This document shows positions 48,825 through 62,225 of a stretch of DNA of 64,000 nt, in pieces. This DNA is from Callorhinchus milii (taxonomy: Eukaryota). The stretch is from positions 8,122,001 through 8,186,000 of the forward strand of contig NW_024704765.1 of the NCBI RefSeq assembly GCF_018977255.1. Reading direction: 5' to 3'. Each line of letters begins with the position of its first letter. Position 1 is the stretch's first letter. The notes under the pieces were generated by a model. The model ran no database searches, was not told where the DNA came from, and saw nothing but the letters and a program-made list of their open reading frames with translations. The position numbers and the translations under genes were made by a program.

Positions 48825-49092
48825 AACGTTAAACCGAGGCCCAGCTGTGCCTCGATCGCGAGGATGTTAACGATCCCATCACACTGTTGGAAAAGAGAAT
48901 GGGAGTTTTTCCCGGTGTCCTTTGCAACAAGACAAATAGCTAATAAAGTTTGTGACTGTTTATGGGGCATTGCTGTGCGCAAATTGGCTGCCGTGTTTGC
49001 TTACAAATACACAGTCACTGCACTTGACGGCGATTCCCATTGCAGGGCTTTAAGACGTTTTGGGTGTGATGCAAGGATAATTTATATTTTTA
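48825..49092 (+). mobile_element. Old Deu-domain SINE
   Basis: ACGTTAAACCGAGGCCC...CCCGGTGTCCT...TTGCTGTGCGCAAATTGGCTGCCG. Confidence 0.8.
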
Positions 49093-51059
49093 TTACTGAC
49101 TCATTTCTGGAGTAATGAATTGTCTATTTGGTCACTGAAGTGTCCCATCTGTTGAGCTCTGTCTGGGCATTAATAGCCTCTCCAATCTCCAAACAGCTTC
49201 CCCCTGATATCGCCTAAGAGGCTTAAAGGCCACAAATGTCTCTGGGTTATTCCTTTCCGCTGAATATTAGTTTACATGTTGGCTTCTTTTAAATAAATAT
49301 TCCTCCTTAACACTTTTAGCTGCACTATAAACAAAAGCCTCAGCGAGCGGTTCTGGCAGTTACTTAGGAGTTTTTTGCTGCTCCTGGCTCTGAAATTTCT
49401 CCTGTTCTTAAGTTTATGATCAATATCTTAGAATGTTGGTATTTCCCCCTGACCCCCTTCCCTAGTCCAGGGTGCTGAGACACCCCATCAGCAAAGCTGG
49501 ATGAGACTTACTAACAACACAACACAAAGCTCTCATTAATCCTTCTGCACCGGGGGAGACTGTGTGTGTGTGAGTCTCACAGGCGTCGGGGAAGAAGAGT
49601 AAGACGTGCGGAAGCCCAATTCCCGCTGAGGATGCTCAGGCTCACAAGGATAGCGCCATCTCTGCCTTTCCTTTGTAAGTCACCCCATCAGCACAGGCAT
49701 TAAATAACAATCTCAAACCCAACTTTGTATTGGCACCGACTCACATTAAAAAATCAAGCCCTTTGGGTCTGATGATTGCTACAGTGCCAAGGCTTGAAAT
49801 AGTCATTTGGCCCCTTGACTAACCAGCTCCGATTACACATCTGTAATTGGGTTCAAAGGCACATCTGGGCTGCCCCGTATCTTGAATGCCCTCTGGGAGC
49901 TTGTAGAATGCAATGACAATGGGCATTTTTTAAGCTGTTAATTTCGAGTTGGCTAGAAGTTGGAAGTGCCATTAGCCAAATGACTCGGAGTCTAGCCAAG
50001 TCCTGGGTGGACATGGGTTTTCAGAGGCACGTTGAGTTGCCAATTTGGCCTCAAGACATCGTTAGATATATTTGGAGCAATAGAATTTTTCTAAAACCGG
50101 TGAACACCATAACAAATGCACTAAAGTAAAAGATTATGATTGAAGATCTTATTGAGGGAAAGGAAAGGCCAACTCTGTGTTATCAGGCATTTTTGTTCCG
50201 TTTATGTGTAGGAACCGTACACAAAAATCCATTCAGATGATCCCACAAAGGCTTTATGTTCTGGAAGTCGTGATAGAAATCTTTAACTTCACATTGGTTC
50301 ATAATNGGGGGTGGGGTTGTGTGGGGGATGTGGGATGGTGGGAGGGGAGTATAGGGGAGTCAGAAAGTTGTGGGTTCAAGCCCCACAACAGGACTTGAGC
50401 TTAGAGTGCCTTCGTTGTCCACCTGAACTAGCAGATAGGACATTAATGTCTCATCTGGCACAGCCTGGGATAAGGAGTTCAAGTCCAGCTTTGTGAGCTT
50501 GAACTCACCACCTTCTGACCCAGAGGTACAAGTGGCAATGACCGACACCTTACGTCAGCCAGCCTGACACCTTCTATACACATCGGTGTTGAATAAAAGG
50601 ACAGTCAGCCTCACCACCTTCAATCCCCAGCTGTTATCAGGAATAAATGAGTTAGATGTCTCAGGAGGACAATATTCTGTGGCGGCATTGTTCTTTAGAG
50701 GGGAAATTGAAGCTAAACAGGAAAGCGAGGTGAGGGACTCTCAAAGCTCAGAGACGTCATTGGGTCCCATTGTGCCGTCACTCTGACATTGACTCGTCCA
50801 GCGATCTTCAACAAGAGTCCTATCCATTCCTGACCCATTCACATTCCGATGGGAAAAACACATGGTCGGCCCGAGTACAATTACATTGTTTTTGCCGAAA
50901 TTCCTCTCTTGGTCCCCTGAGACGAGGCAGCTTGTGTTCCTAGACAAATAGCGATGTGGGAGGGTCCACACATTTTATTCTGATCCTTTCATTGTGTTTC
51001 CTTTTGGTGTGGAGGTGGGGAAAGGTGATGTTATGGTCGCAGCCCATGACTCGATTGCC

Positions 51060-51390
51060 AGCCCTCTCGTCTCTTGATCAGAAGGTTGTGGGTTCAACCC
51101 CCAAACCTCCACCCCCTCACAATGGGGACTTTCAGTTCACACTTAAGGCTGATGCTCTCATGTAGGGTTGTGGGGTGGAGTACTGCGTTGTTGGAGGCAC
51201 AGTCTTTCAGATGAGATGTTAAACCCAGGTTCCTTCTGCCTGTACCTGTTCAGATCCTGTGGATGTTTCTGGAAAAGAAAATAGAGTTTCTCCGATTGTC
51301 CTGGCCAAGATAACATTGGTCATTCATTTTGTAGTCGTGTAAAAACTGTTGTGTTTGCCTACAGAGTAGTCACTAATTCTTGACAGTTAA
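51060..51390 (+). mobile_element. Old Deu-domain SINE
   Basis: TCAGAAGGTTGTGGGTTCAA head and GTCTTTCAGATGAGATGTTAAAC Deu block. Confidence 0.78.
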
Positions 51391-52234
51391 TTGCTGCAAA
51401 ATAAGATTTAAGCTTCTAACACAGGGTGAAACATGGGCCCTGTTATCTGATAATTACCGCCAGCGAAACTATTATGATTATTAACACATCACACGTGCCA
51501 TTTTTCACGCTATCAACGTTTCCTAAGGAATCTACCCTGAGGTGGAAACCCTGATCGGCATTACACCCGGTGTCTTTGGGGATGTGCAGATGCGATAGGA
51601 AGCTCACATCTCCAAAGTCAAGGTGCGCGACGAAATTTCTACCCCAGAGCTCCTTAATCCTGCTCAAACGTATCTGAAACATCTCTTAGGTCGGTCAACT
51701 GCCCCCACTCCTTCCAGTCCAGCCTTCCTCATGTCCTGAGCCCTCCTCCCTACGTTGTGTTTATTTCTTTCTTTACAGAAATTTTGTTAAGCTATCAATT
51801 TTTTTTTATTCCTGGCCAAGCCATCAATCCACAATGCCTTCCTTCTGCAATCTCACTCTGGGGCTGACTGTGCTAGGAATGTGAACGTCTAGGCATTGCC
51901 TGCCATTGTCTCTGACAGGAACACTGAGCTTTCCAGCGCTGAGCTATTTGTCTTTATCGCTGTTTTTAATTGGAAAAACAGGTGCTAATAGAGGAGAGAC
52001 ACTGGATGTGAACATATCGCAACGGAGACAGCTGCACACAGGACACCAGAGGCCTGAGTTAACAAACACTTTCATTAATAGGCACTCACATGTGCATTTA
52101 TACTGCAGAACCCTAACAAGATGTACTCCAGTAATTCCCTTCTAAACTCTGCTCCCACTTAATGCTGCGTAAAGCAAATTAAGCTCCCTCTGAAACCCTT
52201 CACTGCAGCTTTCAACCTGGATTCTTAGAAAGTC

Positions 52235-52420
52235 TGTAGTACAGGAACAGGCCATTCAGCCCAAGGTGTCCATGCTGTTGCTCACTGCTCCACAGGAGCT
52301 CTCCACTCTAATCCCATTCCCCTGCTCTCTCTCCCCATCATGACTGTGCCGGTACTCGCTCCCCCACTGGAGCTTTCTACTCTAATCCCATTCCCAACCC
52401 AGAAACTCCCTGCTCTTTTT
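52235..52420 (-). mobile_element. CR1-type 3' end with duplicated 3'UTR unit
   Basis: caggccattcagccca...CTCTAATCCCATTCCC occurs twice; homologous to 27635-27830. Confidence 0.65.
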
Positions 52421-54149
52421 CTATTAATAATAATAATCCTTGTATTTGATAGAGCGCCTTAGCACATGTCTCAAAGGTCATCACGAAATATACTATGAAG
52501 TGAACTGACTGTATATTTTGTGGGCAAAATAGGGATCATTAAAATCCACCTAACAAGCAGATGGGTGCGCAGTTAAATCTCATCCGAAGGATGGCAACTC
52601 TGAGAATGAAGCACTTCCCCTTCTTACACGCAAACATAGTACTACCCTGTAGCTTCAGCTTGGATTGTGAGCTCAAGTCTCTGCCGTAGGGCTTGCATCC
52701 CACTTCGAGACCTGGAGCCAAACTCGAGCCAAACTGAACAGACAATGACTGGAGGCCTCGAAGCACCCAGAGCACCTGGCCTGCTTAACGCCAAACATAA
52801 TGAGGCTGCGTTTGAGATGCCAAATGCTTGGGTTTGTGTAAGAACAAGAGGCCAGAGAGTTGTGTAGTTCTGGATCATGGAGATCAACACAGGGCAGAGA
52901 CACTCAAGAGTATCAAGAATCACTGAAGCAAACGGTTCCTATATCTGGAAGGTAGACAACAGGACCCTGTCTCTATAAAGACGTGACAGATTTTAAGTAC
53001 AGTGGACACGGGTGGGGGAAGGGGACAGGGGATGGAGCCCTCAGATTCCAGACAAGAGATTGTGCACTGTTAGTCTGATAATCAGCAACTCCACATATCA
53101 CCAGCGTCTGAGGGTTTGATCCAAACCATACACTCCCCATGGACAAGCAAACTCGCATTGTGCAAATAAATTCCACATCTGTAATTAGTGTCACCAACAG
53201 TTTATGTTGACTTATGGGTTCAAGTCACCGGCAAAGTGGGTCAAATGTAAATACAATTGGGCAGCTCTTCGAAATTCCTCAGTGTTTAAAACGCCCCAAG
53301 CAATACAAATCTTCTGGAAAGAAGACACCAAACACATGGAGCTTTTTTGGGGGGGGCAGCGAGGGAGAGAGGGAGTGAGGGAGAGTGATAGGTAAGAGGA
53401 GGGAGGGGAATAGATTCAAGGAGCCTCATTTTTTATACTGACTGGCACTCAGGGGCTAGGCAGTATCTGGAGAGAGAGCGCAAGTGGGAGAGAGAGTTGC
53501 CAGTGCTGAACCGCTGTCTTTTCCTCCTTCCTCTATAAGATATGTATATATCGCCTTCCTCTATAAGATAATAATCGCACGGCATGTAATGTTTAATGAC
53601 TATAGCATAATAAAAGAGGAATTATTATATTGGGGTATTGAGACTCATAAGGTCCGCTGATTGCTTTACGCAGCAGGGAATGAAGTTAAGGCACGTGCAA
53701 CCTGTTACACACACAGTTGCGTCCCTTAAAACGAGCTGGTACAGTTCTGAGTGACCTGACTTGCTCGAGTTAACACGGGTCCGTCCTCAGGGCTGATGAT
53801 ATATAACAATTACTGTCAGATGTGAGGAGTCTTCACAAGATGCTTTCAGCACCTGTTCCAGAACAGCAAGATGCGAGCTGTTAAGAGACAGTAACAGCCA
53901 CCCTCAAAGGCATTGCAATTCATTAAAGCTTGCCGATAAATGTTCACAGATACCACTCGGGGATGAAGGGAAGATGGACGATTTCAATAACATTTCTTTT
54001 CACTGGATTCGCCCACTGTTTGACACCTCGCGTGGAATCATAGGGCTGGAGGGGGAGTCGGTAGGGAGGAGTAAAATGCAGTGCTTCCAAACCTGTCACG
54101 AAAACATGGGAATTTCAGTCACTCAATTGGTGCCACAAACAGAATCCCT

Positions 54150-54465
54150 GTCCCTCCCTGTTCAGGTGGACATTAAAGATCTCCCACAGCGCTACTCGAA
54201 AAGATAATGGAGTTTCTCCCTCCTGGTGTTCTGGCCGACAATACCCCCTCCTCTCCCCATCTCCCCCACCTCTGCCCCCTCCACCTCCCCCCCCCGATAA
54301 AATTGGACACTTATTCCGCAGCTGTTTGCGAAGTGACACTGTGCTCAAATTGGCTTCAGCGTCCGCCTACAAAACAGTCACTGCACTTCGCAGTAAAATC
54401 CTGCAAAGTGCTTTGATATATCTCGACGATGTGATAAGACGCAGCATCAAGCTCAAGGATTATGA
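54150..54465 (+). mobile_element. Old Deu-domain SINE
   Basis: TTCAGGTGGACATTAAAGATC...GGTGTTCTGGCCGACAAT, followed by the tail. Confidence 0.8.
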
Positions 54466-55266
54466 GTACTATCAACGTGGGGCAGACACCCGGAATCCTC
54501 TCGGTTAGAAACTGGTTGGAAAACCTGACCCTTTGGACTATTATCTTTCCCTCTGAACCTCCCGGCTGGGCGCTCAGCGAGTGTTTATAAACAGGATGCA
54601 ATTAATGCACTAAGCTGACAAAGTCCGACAGTAAAGACAATGCGAGCTCCTGATTCCAGAGTATTTATGATCTCAATTTTCATTGTATGCTAAGTACACT
54701 TAAAGTTTGGTAATTAATGTATTCCCTTTTGAGGAAGTGCTGCAGGCAGGGATTAATCTAGCAAGATGTGCTGAGTAGCACTGAGCTGGCCTCGGTTTCC
54801 TCTGATAATACAACGTACAAAACCCTGTTTGCAATTCTTAGCTTGCAGGACACGGGACCTCATTACAGCAGGCTTTTAATCCTGCAACTCTCTCTCTCTC
54901 CCTCTTTCTCCCTTTCTCTCTCCTCCTTTCTCTCTCTATCTCTCTATCTCACACTCATGACCTCTCTTTTGCTCTCGCCTTTTCTCTATCTCCCTCTCTC
55001 TCTTTCTCTCTCCCCCTCCACCCACACACACCCCCCCCTCTTGTGCTCAGGGAAAAATATTGCCTATCATGGGATGGAATCACAAAACATATCCAATCAG
55101 GAATTCCGCTGTGCCTCAGTGTAAGACCATTTCACGTGAACTTTTCCGATTCACAACCAGTTCTTCGATCCGGTATTAATTTCCTTCTAAGAGCTGTGGA
55201 AACAAATGGCTTCCGAATCATGGTCGGGATGTTTTTTTCCGCACGCTTCCAGAAATCTTTTGTTTT

Positions 55267-55512
55267 AATAGTAATCATCCTTGCATTTGATACAGCGCCT
55301 TATCACGTCTTTGAGACCTCTCAAAGCTCTTCACAAAATACGCTGTAAAGTGGAGTGACTATGTTTTGTGGGCGAAACGCGGCAACCAATTGCGCACAGC
55401 AGTGTCCCACAAACAGTCGTGGTTTGAGTGACCAAATTATCATTATTTTTTTCAAGGTATTATTATCCCCGGACAAGTGATCCGCCAATTGACTAACAAC
55501 CGGGTTCCTACT
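55267..55512 (-). mobile_element. Variant-B SINE, 5'-truncated (no tRNA head)
   Basis: Tail plus GATCCGCCAATTGACTAACAACCGGGTTCCTAC, ending before the head. Confidence 0.88.
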
Positions 55513-57604
55513 TTTTTTTATTTTAAGACAACACGGGCAGAGTTGAGGTGTAAGCTCAGGGCCCTGTTTACCCAGGGAAAGGTAAACCAAGGCCATTTAT
55601 GTGTCCCATTAAGACCGAGTTAACAAGACGACTCATGATCCTGAGTCCCTACCGGAGCTGAGTGGACAGTCGTTAATCACCGGGACAAAGTGACGGTCCC
55701 ATCACAAGGCAGTGTGCTTCTTAAGCTGTCTGTCTCGGGCCTGTAAATCACCCCAGCCTGAAGCCAGGAGGTTGGAATCCACAGCACTCGTGTTGTGGAA
55801 ACCCTCGGCTGTTACTGCTAACTGCCGAGTGATTGCATTCCAACGGCGCCTTTTTGGAGTATCTCCTCAGAGTCGCCTCTCTGTCTCCCTTGTGGAAACA
55901 GCACCGTTAGCATTGCCGTCTCTGTAGCATATCATATACATCGAGCCACAAGTGGGTGTATTTTATTAGCGCTGTAAACTTCCCCAATGACCGCAGATGG
56001 GGGTGGGGGAAGAAGGGGGTGGGGGGGGGCATCTATGCAGTCCAATAGCAGTAAAATCACATGCAAATTTAAGGACTTAATGGGCCTTGTGATTGTTATA
56101 GGAGCTCTCTACTCACACACACACACACGTATAAGACAAGGTTCTCGTGAGTTTCCAAAATGAATCTTGGAAAACCATAAAAGCGTTAACTGTTGAGCGA
56201 ATCCTTTGAAGTATTTATTTTGAGCCCCCCCCCCCCCCCCCCAACCACCCCACTTACCACCACACACACTCACACTCCCTCATTCACTCCCCGGGAAAAA
56301 AAGTATCGGAAAAGTTTGCCAACAACTTTTTTCCAAAGTGTACCCAGTCCCGGCTTGAAGAGGGTAAGAGACGCACACAAAAAAAAGTGATTCATCCGAT
56401 CAATGAGCGAAATGAAGTCCTGAGATATCGAGAGAGAGAGAGAGAGAGAGAGAGTTGGGGGTGGGGGGCGCGGGAAGGGGGGGTGAATTGGGAACGCACA
56501 AAGGGCAAATGGTGAAAAATGAATGCTATTAGCAATGCAGCGAAACAGATGTGGAGAAGAGGAAAATAAGAGAGGCTTTTATACAGACTGCACAGAGAGT
56601 GAGCTGAGTTGTCTCAGGTCTAGCCGAGATATTCCGCTTGGCAGTGGGCAGCGAGCCTCTTATTAGTTTAGAGCACAGAAAACAGCACAAGTGGCTGTCG
56701 AAATAAAAGATCATTCTGTCCTGGAAAAGCTCGGGGGGGGGGGGGGGGCGTGTGTGGGGGGAGGTGGTGGGGGAGAGGTAGGGTGTGGGTGGGTGGGGGA
56801 GGTGGTGGGGGAGAGAAAAATAAAAGTCTCCGTTTGAGAACTCCATAATTTATCCTTTTTACCAAAGTCCTCCCGACCCAAAGAAAATTTACTGTAGGAA
56901 ATCAAATTTATGGCGTCTTAATAATGCACAATTTTTTGGATGAACGCAAGGCAGAAAGGGATTTTCCCCAACCTCCTCCTCACCCAGTAGTCACAGGTAG
57001 TCAGTCTATCGACCCCGTACTTAAGGAGCCTTGTTCTGTGTGAATGCTTCCAGTGTCCTCATGGTTAAGGACTTGATCAAAAGCAGGAATTCACACTTGA
57101 TGGGAGCTTGCTGCCAGCATCCTCTTAAAGTGCATTTCCAAAAAAAACCTTTGCTCTGACGGGCTTTAGCGGATTGAGACCCGGTTACAGAGAGGTCAAC
57201 ACTGATCTGTTTTACTGTGCGCCTTTGGGTTTTCTGCTCTGCCCTCAGATAGAATTGTCCGTTCACTTCGTCGCTGTTTGTGGGGTAAAACTGAGTCCCT
57301 GAGTGCAACTTTGCTGCCGCATTCGCCTACGAACTGTACATACAGTCACTACATTTGACGGTAAATCCTGTGAAATGCCTTTGAGACGTTTTGATGATCT
57401 ATCGTTGTTATTAATATTATCTCTCCACTTCCCTCGATTATCTCCGTCAATCACAGCCGGGCTCAGTCAGTCTTGCACAGAAGGTTGTGGGTTTTAGCCC
57501 CCCGCATTAGGACTTTCACCTCACAGATCCGGTTGGCAGTACAGCACAGTGTACACTGCACTGTCCGATGTTCCGGTCCGGTCACCAATTTTACTGTCGG
57601 CCAA

Positions 57605-57943
57605 AAAAACGGGAGAAAATCTCTTTTCGAGTAGTAGCCGCAGGATCTTTTAACGTCCTCCTGAACAGGGCACAGACGGGTTTAATATCTCACCTGAAGG
57701 ACATCACATCTGAAAATGCAGTGCTTTCCCCCACACCCCCCACACCGCCACCCCCAACCCCAGCTCTGGGATGCTGCCCGGCATGGAGTGCGCTATGTAA
57801 ATGCAAGTTGTTGTTGTTATTGTTGTACTGTACTGCACCGTCAGGCTAGATTGTGAGCTCAAAATCCCGACGGGAGGGGGCGGCTTGAACCCAGAAGCCC
57901 CTGGCTCAAGAGACGAGAGTGCCAGTGACTGAGGCAGGCTGAC
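57605..57943 (-). mobile_element. Old Deu-domain SINE interrupted by a (TTG)n-tailed L2-type end (57763-57825, +)
   Basis: The Deu block GGATCTTTTAACGTCC and the head GGCTTGAACCC...GGCTGAC flank gctctgggatgc...gcgctatgtaaatgcaagttgttg. Confidence 0.75.
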
Positions 57944-58714
57944 GATCTCTTAATCTCCTAACAAAATATTGGACAAAAACAAATCTATTGCGCACTTGCC
58001 ATAAAGGAACCGAAAGCCAAAGAGGTTCCATGAACAAAACAGGATATCAGCCCTGGCCTGGAGTGTGACAGAGTGCGATGCCTTTAAACTGGAAATTAAA
58101 TGGGTTTTGTCTGGACAGAAGGTGTTTATGAAGCGGAGCTCAAATTATTTGTCCTGACAGAAATGGCTAGGATGACAAACAGACAGACTATACCTTCCTC
58201 AATTTTGTTTTCATTTACTGAGGCTGCTGAGTGGAAAATGTTATCGGTGTATCTCGCCTGACAAACCCAATCTTTTAAACTTGTCAGCTCCGCGATTCGG
58301 GCTTTCAATTCAAAATATTCGCCATCAGCGGCAGGTTGGGGAGGGGGGGGTGGCATGTGGTGGGTGGTGAGGGGAGCTATATTGCACCATGTGTAAAAGC
58401 ACGTGCACAGTGGCAATGGGTTTCCCCCCACCCCCAATGTGTAAGACACCCGGCTGACCAAATTAAAACCCCAAATAACTGGAACCTCTCCTCCCTGGTC
58501 TCCCCTAATATTCCTCCCCTCGAGCTGGCTGGGACGTCCCTCTTTAGACGGAGGTGCAAGAAACTGAACTCAACTCTCTGCACCACAGCCAAGCCACACG
58601 TCGAGCACAGTCCAGGTTTCCACACTGGAAAGTGAGATCCAGCACCCAATTGAGTTAGTCTTTGCTGCTTTGTGTGTGTGTGTGTGCGTGTAAAAAAAAA
58701 CTCCCTTTGCACGG

Positions 58715-59200
58715 GTGCCCGTTTGACCTCAATTCACCTCTTAAGCGCCCTGTATTAATCGGCCTGAATTAGAGAGGAGCCTTGTTTATGGGGTATCAGT
58801 GCATGTCAGGGCATGGGATGCATGTCTAGCACACTGCAGCATCTGCTATTTGCTTAGCATATGATTGTTTGTCTCCTGCCTCTAGACCTATTGATGTCAA
58901 GTGAGCTGTTCAACATAATGAAACGGTGTTTAGACCCATGAGCAATTAACAGGCAGTAACTAGCACTGAATTAGAATCTGAGTGTCTGATCTTTATTTAA
59001 ACCCTTGTAAAAGCCAGTGCCCATTATCTGATTATGCATTGATCACGAAGGTTAACACTGTCCTAAGGTAATGTTCCACCCGATTTAAACGTTGAATATA
59101 CATTTGCTTTAATATTCCGCGGCGCTCATTAATGTGCCGTGCGGCTTCATCAGCAGCCCACTTACGCTGGTACTAATGAGCCTGATGCACATTTTGCCCT
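58715..59200. promoter_or_regulatory. Candidate conserved intronic enhancer
   Basis: About 500 bp of repeat-free sequence rich in TAAT/ATTA cores, TGTTTAT (Fox-like) and a CATG triplet. Confidence 0.35.
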
Positions 59201-60279
59201 ACAGCACCCAAACACGGGCTCAGGCTTTCCTGCCTAGCTAACTAGCACGTGCCGCGCTTTTTAAAAGGGACGGTCTCCCTGCGGCATTCCATCCTAGGGC
59301 ACCCCCCATACACACACACACACACACACACCATCTCCATTCCGGTTTGGCTATCAGACACTCTGCCAATGTGGGATTCCTCCAGATCAGAGTTGATTTG
59401 TTAGTGGGAAGGACACTCCAGGCTGGATTGACTAGAATAACAGCAATAAAACATTTCACTTCCGGACTGAGTAAAAGAAAGTGTCTGTCTGATAACTAGT
59501 CATCCTCTCAACTCTCACTGTCAACCTCTCTTCTTTCTCCCTCACCTTTCAATTTCTCTCCCTTTCCTCTCTCTCCTTTCGCCCCTTTTTCTCTCTTAAT
59601 CTCTCCCTCGGTTTCTCTCTCTCTCATCTCTCACTCTTTGCCCGTGCATATTGGTGTGCTTGCGTATATCTGTGTGAGTGTATGTCTGTGTGATTGAGCG
59701 AGCGTGTGAATGCGTGCGCGTGAGAGAGGGTTGGTTTGAGCGCGTGTCCGGATTCAAGTGAGCGCGCGTCCGCATGTGAATGTGGGGGAGGGGTGTGTGA
59801 AAGTGAGTGCGAGAGCCAGAACGCGAGGGTGAGAGTGAGAGCGTGCGAAAGTGAGTGTGCCAGCGTGGCACACAGAGTGTGAAGTACACACGTGGACCCA
59901 GTGTGGTGGAGTGCAGCCAGAAACAATGGCCCTTTCTCCACCAAAGTAGATTAGGAACATTTTTCTCATTTTTGAAGGGCTAAAGTCTTGCAAAGTTGTC
60001 TAATCTCTTTAGTCAAAGCCGGGTTTTGGAAGGCTTTTGTGGGAGTGAAGCTTATTCCGTGTCAGGGCTGCAGTCAGGTTTTTCCATTCGGGTCAGTCCG
60101 CTGCTTGAAGGGCGCTATTGCAAATGCAAGTTGTTGTTGTTGTTGTTGTTGTTGTTAGCTTCCCGCTAACACTTTACACATCCACAGAGGAACCTTTCCA
60201 ATCTCATGTCTATAATCTGTTGACTCGCGTGTATCGTTGTATTGTTTAGTCAAATTGCTGTGCGCAATTGTTTAGTCCT

Positions 60280-60606
60280 GGAGTCCTGTAGCTCAGTGGT
60301 TAGAGCACTCGCTTTGCAAGTGAGAGACCTGAGGTCAATTCCAGGCAGAGGGCGAAACCTCGGGCAAGTTTCCTTACTCCACACAGAGCCTAATAATCAT
60401 CCCTCCAAAACCAAAAACAATAATAAATTGGTCATTTTCAATCTACAACTGTTTGTGGGACATTGCTGTGCGCAATTGGCTGCCGCGTTCGCCCACAAAT
60501 ATACAGTCAATTCACTTTACAGTGTGTTCTGTGAAGTGCTTTGGGACGTCCTCTCCCGACGTGAAAAGCGCTATATCAAATGCAAGGATTATAATAATAA
60601 TAATAA
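60280..60606 (+). mobile_element. Full-length tRNA-Ala-derived SINE, variant A
   Basis: GGAGTCCTGTAGCTCAGTGGTTAGAGCA, anticodon arm CTCGC-TTTGCAA-GTGAG (TGC = Ala) and the shared tail. Confidence 0.93.
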
Positions 60607-60710
60607 TCCTTGCATTTGATATAGCGCCTTATCACGTCGTTTAAACATCCCAAAGCGCTTCACAGAATACATTATAAAGTGTAGTAACTGCATAAAGTGC
60701 GGCCGAAAAT
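60590..60710 (-). mobile_element. SINE tail-only copy, tail-to-tail with the preceding SINE
   Basis: (TAA)n followed by TCCTTGCATTTGATATAGCGCC...AAAGCGCTTCACAGAA. Confidence 0.9.
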
Positions 60711-61929
60711 TTGTGGTATTTCTTAACGCTGTCCTTGTGTCATCAACACAAGTATTTTCAGATTCCCCCCATGCCTTCCTCCCCACTCCCCACGCGTTCA
60801 GATAAATCAAGGGCAAGGAAGGGCACAAGAAGAGGTCACAGGTTCGAGGGGAGGGAGAGGGAGGGACGGGGAGGAAGTGTGGGAGAGAGGTGGAAAGGGC
60901 AATTTCAGGACAGAAACCAGGAAGTGCACCTTCATAAAGAGCGTAAAAGGTTACCGGAAAGGGTGAATGAAGCAGGGACACTGAAGCTGTAGAATTAATG
61001 GTTTGTTCCCCCCCAGCATTCCCCCCCCACCCACACAAGCCCCCGCCACTGCATTGGAGTATCAGCTTAGTATGTAAGGTCAAAATTCTGAGGGATGGGA
61101 GGGGCTCGAACCCATAAGCTTTTGACTCAGAAACAAGAGTGCTGCACTGACTGAGCCAGGCTGACATCACATCCAGAGGCTAAGGTGAGGATTCCTCAGA
61201 GCTTGGCTGAGGCCAAAGTGTCACCGCACCCCACATGCTGATTGATGTCAGCCAGGCTGCCGTCACTTTGCTGCTTACTCTCCACTCAAAATACCCACTC
61301 GAATGGGTGACAGACGCACAGTTGAAATATTTAGTCTCCTGAATGCTAGCGGGGCCCGCAGAGATAAACAGGGAGAGAGAGAGAGAGAGAGACGGCCCTT
61401 TTGGACGTGGTGCAAAAATGCTGGGCTGGGGAATGGAGCGGGGCTTGGCATGGGCTGAGATAGGAGCCAGCGAGCGAAGAAGCCATGGAATATTCCTGGA
61501 CAGAGCCCAGAGCCAAGATGATGCCTTTCCAGGACTTCTGTTGGCACCAAGTGAGGGCACTGGATTCCCACAGCATCCGTTGTTGAGAGCGTTGCCAACT
61601 TGTATCTGTAGCTGGTCAGCCAGTACTCAATGTGGGCATAGACAGATCCTGGCTTGCAATCATCCCCCTCTCGATTCCCCCGCCACACCCCCCACTCCGA
61701 TAAAATCGCTCACTCGCTTCATAGCTCTTTGCAGGATTGTATGTCGCCGTGCGCAAACTGTCTGCCGTGTTCGCCTACAAAACACACAGTGACCGTAAAA
61801 TCCTGTGATGTACTTTGAGACCTTCCGAGCTGGTGAAAGGCGCGATATCAAATGTGAGGATTTTTATTGTTTTCCTGATTATCTTGCTCTCCCGTCATTA
61901 CACCTCGTATAGCTTTACACCAGTCTGGC

Positions 61930-62225
61930 CCAGCCTCTCACCCTCCCGCCTCAAGGAGAAGGAGGATGTGGGTTCAAATGCGACGTTACGAGCTTTGAGG
62001 TCACAGTCCAGGTTGATGGTGCTCAGTGTGTGTGTCTGTGTGTGGGGGGGGGGGTAGGGAGGTGGGACGGTGGAAGGGAGTCTCTCTCTCCTGGTGTCCT
62101 GGCCGACAATCCCCCAGATCAATCGATCCTTCATTTCTTGGACTGTTTGTGGCATCTTGCCGTGTGCAAATCAGCTGCCCCCATTTGCCTTACCAGATAG
62201 ACAGTCGCTGCACTTGACAGCGATT
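61930..62225 (+). mobile_element. Old Deu-domain SINE, decayed
   Basis: GTGGGTTCAAA head, CCTGGTGTCCTGGCCGACAATCCCC, and CTGTTTGTGG..CTTGCCGTGTGCAAAT. Confidence 0.65.

Noticed and set aside
42865-53865. REST/RE1 left half-sites TTCAGCACC near 42865 and 53845
   Set aside because: No properly spaced GGACAG right half-site.
56193-56390. ORF containing SFTPREK, superficially like PRDM16 exon 2 (FTPKEG)
   Set aside because: It lacks the following SPYEAPVYIP/PR-domain residues and is built from poly-C and (CA)n.
60242-60644. Recurrent ORFs with ISNARIIII / YIKCKDYYY / AVRNWLPR peptides across the window
   Set aside because: These are translations of the same non-coding SINE tail, not a protein family.
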